In this document: positions 1 through 10,300 of the stretch, piece by piece
How the letters are laid out: the number at the start of each line of letters is the position of its first letter
Position numbering within the stretch: position 1 is the stretch's first letter
Assembly: GCA_973895155.1 (NCBI GenBank)
Contig: OZ316894.1
Location: 22,043,867 to 22,107,866, forward strand
Length of the DNA: 64,000 nt
Source: Marsupella aquatica
Taxonomy: Eukaryota > Plantae > Marchantiophyta
Direction of reading: 5' to 3'
Made by a program: the position numbers and the translations under genes
The notes under the pieces: generated by a model
What the model was told of the DNA's origin: nothing
What the model saw: the letters and a program-made list of their open reading frames with translations, nothing else
The model's database searches: none

Positions 1-88
1 AAATACAAATGAGTGTTAAGTTATAGACACCAAATCACATATGTCGAAGCAGGAATATAACAACTTTGAAAGAAAAGAACACTTTTGT

Positions 89-122
89 GCGCATGCTTTG
101 AGCGTCCACTCGGTCTGCGATA
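89..122 (+). promoter_or_regulatory. Bipartite motif GCGCATGCTTTGAGC-N5-CTCGGTCTGCGATA upstream of kinase
   Basis: Its 15-bp and 14-bp blocks are identical to the reverse complement of 9498-9530, upstream of the transposase. Confidence 0.6.
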
Positions 123-349
123 TTTCACAAGTGTTGTCTTTCTCTTTTATTGTTGTTATATAGAAAGGTAATTAAAATCATGTGTGCAATAAAAATACAT
201 AATGCATGGGAGAAATAAACCGGGAAAAGATAATAACAATACGACTTGTAATTTTCAGGTTGGTCGTTGAATCCTTATTGGAAGGATTTTATTTAAATCC
301 CGGTAAGATCTTGTTCCTCCCTCACATATTCCTTTTGTGAAGGGAAAAC

Positions 350-2005
350 ATGGTCATCGAAAATTTTAGTTTAGAGTATAGGCAAGTGTTGGAGATGATC
401 ACAAAACATGTGAATGAGGGATATGAGCCGAATCTTGTTGCTCTGGATGCATTGAAGAACGCTCGAAACACTCTCGAACATGCTAGGAATTCTAGCAAAG
501 TGGCCGGGAAACGAAAACGGAAGGGGGCAAACGAAGAGGCAAAACAAGTTCGACACAATGTGGTAGTGTCGATATGGAAAGAGATACTTTATCGCTACAC
601 TCAACCGAAACAGTATGGGGTGGACGGGTTCGAGAGGGAGTTCACAAGACACGGAGAGAAAGGATACAAGAACTTTCTTGGTGAGATAACCCGTTGTATG
701 CGGGAAAGTGTACAAAAGGAGGACAATTTCACACGAGAGCAAATGAAGTCATTTGAAGATGAAACTGAGAAACCGGGAGGATTTCTGGAAAATTTGGCAC
801 TCAACTTGGAGAAGCATGTTTGGGATAATTTGGCAGCCAAAGTGGAAGAGGGTGACACTACATTGCTTGGAAACCCCGGGATGTACACACACAAGAGAGA
901 ATTGCTAGTGAAGTGGAGTAAGGAGTTGGCAATGGCAAAATCTGATAGCAATGTCAAATATGCTAACGAGATTGTGCACTTTGGGGATGTCAGCATCAAA
1001 AGTGCTCGAAAAGGAACACGTCCATCGCGTGTAGTTCCAGAGGTTAGGAGTATCCATTTTCTTAAACCTGAGCAGGTGCACAACACACGTCGCATTGGGA
1101 AAGGAATCCAAGGAGAGGTATACACTTGTCGTATATTACATTGTCCTCTCATTCCCGTCAACGTGACCTTAGTCGCAAAGCGGTTCAAGGATGGAGACAA
1201 GCATAAGAGACGAACTGACGCATTACAAGAAGTGCTTATGGGAGGACTGAATCATAAGGGAATCGTTGGAGCTCTTGCGTTGACTATTGAGGATCCGCCA
1301 AAACTTATTTACGATCACTATAATGGAGGTGACTTGGGTAGCTTTATTGATAAGTGCGGCATATCGTCAAAGAGCAAGGGGAAGGCACAGATCACGACGG
1401 ACCTTGATTTCAAGTTTATTTCGGAGAAGAAACTCTTGTTGGAGAACCGGTTGGGAATCGCCTTGGCTTTGCTGGAGACACTGCAATACTTGCATGAGCA
1501 TGATCGATTTCATTGTGATCTTCACTTTGGAAACATCCTTCTTCATTTCGATCACGAGCACGATGTGGCTATTAAGGTGTATGTTGGTTTATGTGATTTT
1601 GGCTTGTCTAAGCATAAATCACAGTGCAAATTACCAGCTAATCGGATGTGGCCCACAGCAACAGAAAAAGCAGCAACATACCAAAAACAATTTCCACAGT
1701 TGGCTCCGGAGCTTGTTCAACCTACCCCTGTCGAGTTTAGTGAAAGTACCGATATATATGCTTTGGGGAATATTTTTGAGACATTGTTGACAGAGAATTG
1801 GGATGGAATGTCTAAGGGTTCACGGTTTTTGGGGAGGGGTTGGAGTGCACAAGTGCATGGCCCCAAATTGGATATCATAATCCGTGAAATGATGGCCACG
1901 GATGCCAAGAAAAGAATGGATTGTGCTTTTTGGAGTTTGAAGATAGTTCGAACGTTTCCAGATTGCACATTGCATTTGCACAACAGTCCATATCTTAGAG
2001 ATTAG
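350..2005 (+). CDS. Protein kinase (TKL-like fold) with ~240-aa N-terminal extension, single ORF
   Basis: 551-aa ORF with Gly loop IGKGIQGEVY, VAKR lysine, HCDLHFGNILL catalytic loop, DFG, APE and DIYALG. Confidence 0.88.
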   Translation: MVIENFSLEYRQVLEMITKHVNEGYEPNLVALDALKNARNTLEHARNSSKVAGKRKRKGANEEAKQVRHNVVVSIWKEILYRYTQPKQYGVDGFEREFTRHGEKGYKNFLGEITRCMRESVQKEDNFTREQMKSFEDETEKPGGFLENLALNLEKHVWDNLAAKVEEGDTTLLGNPGMYTHKRELLVKWSKELAMAKSDSNVKYANEIVHFGDVSIKSARKGTRPSRVVPEVRSIHFLKPEQVHNTRRIGKGIQGEVYTCRILHCPLIPVNVTLVAKRFKDGDKHKRRTDALQEVLMGGLNHKGIVGALALTIEDPPKLIYDHYNGGDLGSFIDKCGISSKSKGKAQITTDLDFKFISEKKLLLENRLGIALALLETLQYLHEHDRFHCDLHFGNILLHFDHEHDVAIKVYVGLCDFGLSKHKSQCKLPANRMWPTATEKAATYQKQFPQLAPELVQPTPVEFSESTDIYALGNIFETLLTENWDGMSKGSRFLGRGWSAQVHGPKLDIIIREMMATDAKKRMDCAFWSLKIVRTFPDCTLHLHNSPYLRD

Positions 2006-2192
2006 AGATTAGGGTTTACACAATTTTGTAAAGGTCACCTTAACGATTATATGTTTATTCATTGTATGTCAATTACAATGTTCTGCATTTTGTTGATAAT
2101 ATTCTATCAAACTTTGTCGTGAATGCCCAAAATTGTGCTAAATGTGTTTGTACATTGTCAAATATCGCAGACCTTTTGTACACATCGCAAAC

Positions 2193-2933
2193 ATGGGACG
2201 ATGGGAATTGTCTTCTGATGATGAAGACAAAGAGTTCACGATACAACATCTTACCATGCAAGATGGTCAAGGATCCTATTGTGACGATGAAGCTCTTCGT
2301 AATAATGTGTTGGATAATCTTACAACCATTGGCATTCACTATGAGGCTAAACCCAAGGTTGATGGAACACCGGCGCCAAACACAAGAAGATGGGAAGATG
2401 AGGGTATGAAGGATGAATGGAGTATATTAACGCCCAATGTAAATCCTCCCCATGACGAATGGGCCATGAATGCAAAGGAATTGGAGATGTTGATGCCAAA
2501 GAAAGACTTTTGGCCATTAGCACAACAAGTTTTTCACGATCCGGATCTTTGGGCAACAAGATCATGGGCGCAAGAAAAATTCACCATGTCCAAAGTAACA
2601 CATGCAGGTGTTAAATCACATTGGCAGCAACGATATCGAGAGTTTGCTCCACACAAAGCCCAAACGAAAATGAGTTCCGTTTACCCTCCTTTTATCCGAT
2701 GTCTGATTGCTGAATTCATTCTCAAGTGGAAGGTGGATTACCGTTGGGAAAACAGTGCTGGCAAGCTGACTCATCAGGTGCATCCATCAGTGGTTGCGAT
2801 TGCAACGAATAGGAATACAACTATTGCAAAGGACCCTTCAATGGAGACTTCCAACAAGGGATCCAAAAGAAAGCTAGATGACACTGGGGAGGGATATGCG
2901 CATGAGAAGGGGAAAGCGGCTGTACTTCCTTGA
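2193..2933 (+). CDS. Unknown protein; probably the N-terminal half of the RING protein, separated by one in-frame TGA
   Basis: First ATG at 2193; same reading frame as 2940-4139 (CCT TGA GTC TCC ATG). Confidence 0.55.
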   Translation: MGRWELSSDDEDKEFTIQHLTMQDGQGSYCDDEALRNNVLDNLTTIGIHYEAKPKVDGTPAPNTRRWEDEGMKDEWSILTPNVNPPHDEWAMNAKELEMLMPKKDFWPLAQQVFHDPDLWATRSWAQEKFTMSKVTHAGVKSHWQQRYREFAPHKAQTKMSSVYPPFIRCLIAEFILKWKVDYRWENSAGKLTHQVHPSVVAIATNRNTTIAKDPSMETSNKGSKRKLDDTGEGYAHEKGKAAVLP

Positions 2934-2939
2934 GTCTCC

Positions 2940-4139
2940 ATGCCTGACCGTGCAGCACCACCAACCAATGTGGAGTCAACGCACACCAAAAAACCAATCC
3001 TTGTAGGTGTTGGGAGTAGAACTCCACATGCAAAGAACAACAATGTTACTGATGCTAACAAGGATAAGTTCAACCTGCACAACATATGCAAGAGCTTGGG
3101 GGCAGATGTTGCAGAGGTGATTGAGACAAATCTCCGCACGAAGTATGTAGTGGAGCTATGTGAATGTGGCAGCATCGAAAAGTTCAAGTCACAATTGCAA
3201 CAAGCTGATATAAAGATGAGATCACTTGAGAAGAAGCAGAACGAGCCGACGACCAATTCGGAAGTGATGTTGTACAAGTGTCAATTGTTTGACAAGATGG
3301 AAGAAATCAATAAGCTGACAAAACAACTTGCTGAAAAAGAGCGTCAATGCAATGAACTGGCACGACTTGAGGAGAAGGACAAGATCATTAATGATCTTAA
3401 AAGTGAACTTGCAACGCAAGCAATCATCATATCAAATCTTCACGAAGAGGTGCAAGAATTTAACAATGGTGCTTTGGGGATGAGGTCAAACAAAGGGCAA
3501 GGTGAATTATTGCCGCCAAATTTTGTTAACATGCAAATGATAGATCCTACAGGGCACAACAACCTTTTTCCAGATGTGGAGGTTGACGCGGAAGGTATTG
3601 ATAGGTTTTTTGATAAGTGGAAAAAGGATGAAACTATGGTAGCATTTGTTCGTGAAAAGGATGACAAGTGTACTTGGTGCCTATATCCTTGGGGCCCTGA
3701 ATCTGTTTCCATGTTGGGAACCTGCGGTCATATATGGCATCATGCTTGCTTGTCTAAATGGTTGAAGAAAAGCCGAAAATGTTGGTGTCGCACACCATTT
3801 CATGAACGCGAGTATGAGCAACGAGGATTGTTGAAGCAAATGCCATCAATGGAGACTCAACAAAACACTGAAGATATGACTGAAGATACTATACCGGCGA
3901 TGCAAATAGATGAAACTCCCATTGAACATTTCACAATCAATGAATATAATTTGTCAGATGGGGAATTTGACAGGTTGTTATTCAGTGGTCGACTCGATGA
4001 GTGGAAACAATATGCGGCAGCCAACCAGCCATCAATAGATGAGCAAAATTTGCAACGATCCATTCGGCGCCATCGACGACGTCAACAACAGGCAGAGGTG
4101 AAAACAGAAGCTGTTGACAATAACAACAAAAGGAACTAA
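2940..4139 (+). CDS. Coiled-coil + RING-H2-like zinc finger protein (putative E3 ligase)
   Basis: Heptad-rich segment (MEEINKLTKQLAEKERQCNELARLEEK) and CTWC-x14-CGHIWHHAC-x10-CWC, a C3H2C3 arrangement with a shortened last pair. Confidence 0.75.
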   Translation: MPDRAAPPTNVESTHTKKPILVGVGSRTPHAKNNNVTDANKDKFNLHNICKSLGADVAEVIETNLRTKYVVELCECGSIEKFKSQLQQADIKMRSLEKKQNEPTTNSEVMLYKCQLFDKMEEINKLTKQLAEKERQCNELARLEEKDKIINDLKSELATQAIIISNLHEEVQEFNNGALGMRSNKGQGELLPPNFVNMQMIDPTGHNNLFPDVEVDAEGIDRFFDKWKKDETMVAFVREKDDKCTWCLYPWGPESVSMLGTCGHIWHHACLSKWLKKSRKCWCRTPFHEREYEQRGLLKQMPSMETQQNTEDMTEDTIPAMQIDETPIEHFTINEYNLSDGEFDRLLFSGRLDEWKQYAAANQPSIDEQNLQRSIRRHRRRQQQAEVKTEAVDNNNKRN

Positions 4140-4644
4140 AACCAATAGTCTCTACATTTTGATGTTATTTTCATGTAGTTACTATTAGAGACATTTTGTT
4201 AAAATAGAAGCGGCATATCCTCTTTGACAATTATTTTCAACTTGTAATTGGTAAAGAGATTTTGGAGTGACATTACATTGCATATCTCGATGAGTACATA
4301 TATTTTTCATTGGGGGCATGGCGTCGCCTTTTGGAGAATGTGTATTTTTGTAAGAATATTCCATCCTCCAATCAGCCATAGGTTTTGGAAGCATATTGTC
4401 GGGCTCACAATCATATTTTTGGACAAGTATGAGGAAAATAGACGTGATGAGAGACGGTAGCACAGTGGACTCAGGTACTGATCCTTCTCTGAAATCATTT
4501 CCAAAAGGAGATCGTGTAGCACAATGAGTTCAACAAAGTCAACATCGCAATGGTTTTAGCCGCCCAAGTTGAGAATGATTTTGTAGAAGGATGTATACCT
4601 AAGTCCACTCACTTTTCCTGTCTTTCATAATTTTTTCCGCTATT

Positions 4645-5965
4645 GCTGCTACGGCCAATGACATTCATGCACATGCAAACCGAGGCCAACGCCTACTCCT
4701 TTGCCCACCGCAAAAATGGGCCCTCATTACAACTTGAAGTTGAACGGAGTTTATTTGAGTACGAGAGAAGTTCTGAAAGCAAATGCACTCTCAGGTCAAA
4801 TTTTCAGGTCCTTCGAGCAAAAAATTACTGAGTATGTCATCGATCCGTTGGTTTCACAACTTCTCTCGTACTCAAATAAACTCTGTTCAACTTCAAGTAG
4901 CGTAGCTGCTACGACCAATGACATTCATGCGCATGCAAACCGAGGCCAACGCCTCTACATTTGCCTACCCCAAAAATGGGCCCTGATTAGAACTTGAAGT
5001 TGAACAGAGTTTTTTTCATTATGAGAAGGTTTATTCAAGCAATGGCACTCTCAGGTCAATATTTCAGGTCCTCCTGACTTTGTTATTATTGAATATGTTC
5101 GTGCTCCGTTGCTTGAATAAATCTTCTGATAATGAAATGAACTGACCAATTACTGGAGTACGGCTACTACGGCCTATGACATTAATTCGCACAATTGCAT
5201 GTTTATATCCTCTCCTTTCCGAATTCCAATTCGAGCTTGGACATCCTCTCGTCAGCTGGTCTCCACCATTGCAGTTGCTCTTCACGCAAACCAAGATAGC
5301 AGTCTCTAGAATCCTCGAACCTATTTTATTTCAATGCATCATTCATAGTGTTTGAGGAATCCAGAGGTTCGCGTGAGGAGCAACTGAAAGGGTGGAGACC
5401 TGCTGACGAGAGGGTGTCCAAGCTCGAATTGGAATTCGGACAGGAGAGGATATAAACGGGTGAACTTTGACTTGAAATTGGTGATTGTATTTTGCGTCTG
5501 CATATCAATTTGGTGACCGATCTTGCGGAATCCCCGTGACCGTGTCTGATCATCATCATGACATTGCTCTCCTTGGCCACCAATGGGCCCTCATTACAAC
5601 TTCAAGTTGAACGGGGTTTATATGATTATGAGAAGGTTACTGATTATGTAGGCGATGTGTTCATTTCACAACTTCTCTCATAGTCATATAAACTCTGCCC
5701 AACTTCAAGTAGTGCAGCTGCTACGGTCAACGACATTCACCCACCCCAAAAATGGGCCCTCATTACAACTTCAAGTTCAACTAAGTTTATTTTATTACGA
5801 GAAGGTTTATTCAAGCAATGACATTCTCAGGTCCAATAATGAGGTCCTCTCGACCTCATTATTATTGAATATGACGGTGCTCTATTGCTGGACTAAATCT
5901 TCGCATAGTGAAATGAACTAACCAATTAATGGAGGGGGCTAGTATGGACTACGGCTGCTATGGCC
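4645..5965 (+). ncRNA. Cluster of five long stem-loops (candidate polycistronic pre-miRNA/hairpin-RNA locus) built from duplicated units
   Basis: Inverted repeats at 4732-4898, 5014-5137, 5201-5457, 5599-5710 and 5786-5918; leader motif GCTGCTACGGCCAATGACATT-like near 4645, 4906, 5163, 5717 and 5954; many mismatches are G-U on the + strand. Transcription is not shown. Confidence 0.55.
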
Positions 5966-6227
5966 AACAACAAGGTACTTTGAAATAGTCAGTGTTGGAG
6001 ATTTGGAAAACATGTTGCGTTGGTGTGTCTCTATGGCATTCTCAAATGCAAATACAAATAAATTATTCAATCATTGTACAATAATAAACACACTGCAAGA
6101 CAATACAATCATGTTACAAAAAATATAATTGTTTATAATTTTGTCTATGTCAGATACGACAATATAAGAGTAGCAACACTTGATATTATCCTAATGAAAA
6201 GATGCTTCAAGGCTGTGAAGAGAAATT

Positions 6228-9112
6228 TCATGCATTGTTGTTAAGATTTTTGCACAAAAGCGCATTCCACTCGTCTTGTTTGTCGCCCCAACTGAGTGGA
6301 TCACGATTGTGTGACTGAACATTGTGCGATGTTTCTTGAAATGATGATATTCCTCGAAACCCACCAAGGCCAATAGGCCTGTTCGACGTATATGGATTCA
6401 TGACACTTGGCCCTGCATACGCATTCAAGGGTGGACCTGCATGGTGTTGCCAGTTTGCATGTGGGTCGTTTGAAGTTTGACCTTCATGATTGTTGTATCC
6501 ATGAAAAAAGGTTGATGTCCTTCCATTCGTCGGATGCCCTGCTGTGCCTGTGCGTTGCTCGTTGAAATATGGTCTGCTTGTGTCAACATCATTCGCAAAG
6601 TTCGACCAAGGTGACCTTGGTTGGGAAGGCATCACAAAGTTTCTATCCAGTGATGCATCTTCCTCGTCTTGGATTTGCGATTCATCAATTGTAGGATACA
6701 TCTCCAAATCCATTTCATTCTCCCATTCCTCTGCAGCAGTGATGTCTGTATCTGGTGGAATACGAGTCAAGAACTCACTATCCTTATCCAGTGAAAATCC
6801 GTGTAGCAATTCATCAGCATCATCAATTGTATCATAATCTTCGACATCTTCTTCACCAAGAGCCGCACGTGTTGCATCGTACTCTTCATTGCTGCACAAC
6901 TCCATGGAGATAGGTCTAGGTCCATCATTTGTTCTTCTTCTTTGGTCATAACGTTCATATATAAACGTATGCGGGTTTCGAACATTTGTGAGCCCTTTCT
7001 CTACCCTCATGTTTGTAAATACAAACACCAAATCTTTTGCTCGATCATTTGTCAATCGATTGCGACTTTTGGAATGTATAAATCCATACGAACTCCAGTT
7101 TCGCTCGCAAGCTGATGCGCACACTTTTTGGTGTAAGATTCTTCGCGCCAGGATTCTCAAATGTTTATAATCTGCACCATACGCATGCCACCACTCTGCT
7201 GGACTGACATTACCTATACTTGATTGGGCGGCTCCCATCGCTATTGATGTGTTGGGATTTTTTTTTGGGCGTCAATGGCTTGACTGTGGATGGCAGAAAT
7301 AAGTTCTCTGACGTCGCGATCATGGTTGATCCCCTCCTTCACCTGTTGTTCTGAATATCTAGCAATGTATTCACTGAAACCCCTGTAGAGTTCTGGATCT
7401 CCAGCGACATCTATGTCCTCATCAAAAAACATTTGGGGATTGAGATATGCTGCCGCTAGCATGAAATCAGTGGTAAGAGATTTTTTTCGATCCAAATACA
7501 CTTTTAGTATCTTCGGTTTCAATACCTCTGTTACCAATGGACAATCCTCCATGCTTGCTTTAAAAACATCAATCCCTCTTTTCAAACTCCAATACAACCA
7601 ACCTGATTGCGGAGAATCACCATCAAATTCTCGCAACATCTTGACCAACGGAGTAAAGAATTTAACTGTATCCTTCACTTCAACCCAAAATGTATCTTGC
7701 TGTATCCACATTTTAAGTTCGTCTGCCTTTCCCCTCGTCATGTGTCCAGCTGATTTTGGTCGCAATGGAAGTCTATCACGATAAGACTGCCAATTATCAT
7801 CAATGACCATCTGTTGTAAAGCTCCTCTTAGCTCCAACGCTCTTTGTGCCATTAGAAAATTGGTCGCAAATCTAGTTGCATTTGGATTCAACAGTTTTTT
7901 GTCAGGAGATTTTCTTGCAAATATTGCAGAAAGCTTTTGCGATGATGAAACTGCTTTTACTATCCACCTCAACCGTTTAAAAATCTTTTGGAATGGATTC
8001 TGTCCAACATCATCTACCACTACACGCTTGTGACCACACATATCCTCTAGCAGCAAATTAAACACGTGGGCAGCACACCAGCTCCAAGTGACATGAGGAT
8101 ACTTTTTCATGACTACCTCACAACCTGCTACGCGATTTGCGGGTGCTCCATCAGTTACAATTTGAATAATATGATCTGCACCAATATCCTCAATGTATTT
8201 CAACCACATGTCGCCAAGATATTTCCCATCTTTCTTGTCAGCTTGCGCAGCATTCCAACTATCCAAGAAGAAGTCACCTTTAGAAGTCAACAACATGACA
8301 TTCATCAAAGGTTCTCTTCGGACGTTTTCCCATCCATCTGAAGAAAGAGAATACCCATAAGGTTTTGCCTCCTTTAAAGTTTGCGTCATGTCCTTTGTGA
8401 GATCCTCCTTACTGTCTTCCAATAATTTCAATCGCAAACTTCGCATCGTAGGTAGAGAATAATCATTGACAATCCCTTTTGAAGTCTCTATGACTGCTTC
8501 TCGAAAAAAAGGATTATTTGAAACATTGAATGGAATACCACTGGTGTAGAAAGCTTTCACCCAAAGCTTATCCAAATTTGTTCTATTTGGAATTTGATAG
8601 GCATCCATAATTGGGTTAGGAAGATTTACTGGCCTATCTCCTTCCCTTACATGTGTATCATCCATGTCAACATAGTTTGACCCTCGTGTGGATGCTTGCG
8701 AATATGAACTTCCAACGCTTGGCCTACGACCTCTCACATCCCGCAAGATATGACTTCCATCTCGTCGTTTGTACTTTAAGGTCGGTGGAACCTTTATCAC
8801 ATTGTACATAATGTTGATGGCATCCAAATTGACGACACCATAGAGTTGCATGCAAGGGGGCGCATCCCCTTTTTGGATGTTTCCCATCAAATGCGCCTTT
8901 GCTCGTGTTGCATGATGAGTAACGTATGTTAAACAATACTTGCATCTTCGATAGATACGATTGACATCATGACATGTTGAAGGCGCATCACATCGTTCAA
9001 AATATCTCCACACTGGAGATTGTTTTGAAGGGTGTTCTTGCACACGAGTTGGACCAGGCCTGGGAGTAGTGGAATGATATCCAGTTTCATGCGAATCCTC
9101 TTCATCGGACAT
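6228..9112 (-). CDS. hAT transposase (BED zinc finger, DUF659-type DDE core, hAT dimerisation domain, acidic C-terminal tail), frameshifted at an A9 run
   Basis: BED finger (VWRYF...CKYC...HL), SDGW, IVTDG, CAAHVFNL and TRFAT lie in ORF 7241-9187. SPAEWW...LARRIL...SACERNWS...RNRL lies in ORF 6228-7238. One extra A at 7258-7266 joins them into ~961 aa. Likely ATG at 9112. Confidence 0.92.
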
Positions 9113-9205
9113 TGTTACGACTCTCAATGGTAAAAAAATAAAAGGGTTGATTCTTTTGATTTTGTGAATATAACAAATATAGTACAATGGGTTACTTTCC
9201 TGAAT

Positions 9206-9530
9206 TATCGCAGACTGGGCCTAAGCTCAAAGCATGCGCAGGAAAGTTTCCCAAATTCTTATATTTGTCAACATCCCTACTTCAACCTATGTTATGTAAT
9301 ATCTATAACTTCACAATAGTTTATCTTTGAAGTGAACATATGTACGAGAAATCGTGATACCCATATGAAATGTCATAGACCGAGCCAAAGCTCTAAGCAT
9401 ATGCACATGGGTATCTCTTTACTCGCAAGTAGTTCACTTTCAAACAAAACAATGATGCAAAGTTGTTAAGGCGATATAAGGAACTTCTCGTACGAATTAT
9501 CGCAGACCGAGCCGAGCTCAAAGCATGCGC
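9206..9530 (-). promoter_or_regulatory. Three copies of the bipartite GCGCATGCTTTGAGC...GTCTGCGATA motif upstream of the transposase
   Basis: Copies at 9206-9240, 9373-9405 (degenerate) and 9498-9530. Confidence 0.6.
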
Positions 9531-9759
9531 GTACAAGAGTTCCAATGTATCCCTCCGATCTCTCCCTAATGCTAAACCACAAGAGAGAGAAACACAATGA
9601 GACTTTGGATTAGTGAAATGAATTAGTTATTCCTACTTATACTAAATCATCTACTTCTTATCCTCTCTTAAAACTCTTAATCTTTGATCCTAACCCTAAT
9701 TGCGCCTCCCTTAACCCTAATCTCGCGCCCCTAACCCTAATCCCGCCTCTAACTCTTCC

Positions 9760-10300
9760 CCGGCCACCAATTCCCGAGCCCCGTCCCCGAACCCCGCACC
9801 CCGTTCCCCGAACCCCGTTCCCCGCATCCCCGAACCCCCTACCCGAACCCCCTTCCCCGAACCCCCTACCTCGTTCCCCGAACCCCGTTCCCCGAACCCC
9901 GTTCCCCAAATCCCCGAATCCCGGCCCCCCTTTCCCGCCCCCCCTTCCCCGGTTCCCCGAATCCTCTTCCCCGAATGCCCCCCGTCCCCGGTTCCCCGAA
10001 TCCCGTCCCCCGGGCCACCTTTACCCCGGCCGGCCCCGGAAGGGTCCGGGCAGGGTTCGGGTGGGGGTCCGGGGAGGGTTCGGGTGGGGGTCCGGGGAGG
10101 GTCTGGGAAAGGCCCGAGAGTCCGGGGAGTGTTCGGGGGAGGGTCCGGCGAGGTTCCGGGAAAGGCCCGGGAGGGTCCGGGGAGGGTCCGGGAAGGGCCC
10201 GGGAGTCCGGGTTCGGGTCAGGGGGAGTTCGGGTTCAGGTCCGGGGTGCTCGGGAGGTGTTCGCGAAAGGTCCGGGGAAGTCGGGGTTCGTTCGGGAGAA
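9760..10300. repeat. GC-rich subterminal repeat block (CCCCGAACCCCGTT-type units, then G-rich GGGTCCGGG/GTTCGGG units)
   Basis: C-rich half 9760-10030 and G-rich half 10030-10300; short motifs in both orientations, as in hAT subterminal transposase-binding arrays. Confidence 0.8.

Noticed and set aside
216-224. TAAACCGGG matching the putative hAT terminus
   Set aside because: Same orientation as the 10390-10398 copy and only 9 bp, so it is not the partner TIR.
350-4139. Endogenous giant-virus origin for the compact intronless ORFs
   Set aside because: No viral hallmark gene is visible, and the shared motif ties the kinase to the hAT transposase instead.
4185-4600. Short minus-strand ORFs converging on the RING gene
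   Set aside because: No recognisable domain or convincing exon structure; cannot be supported as a third cargo gene.
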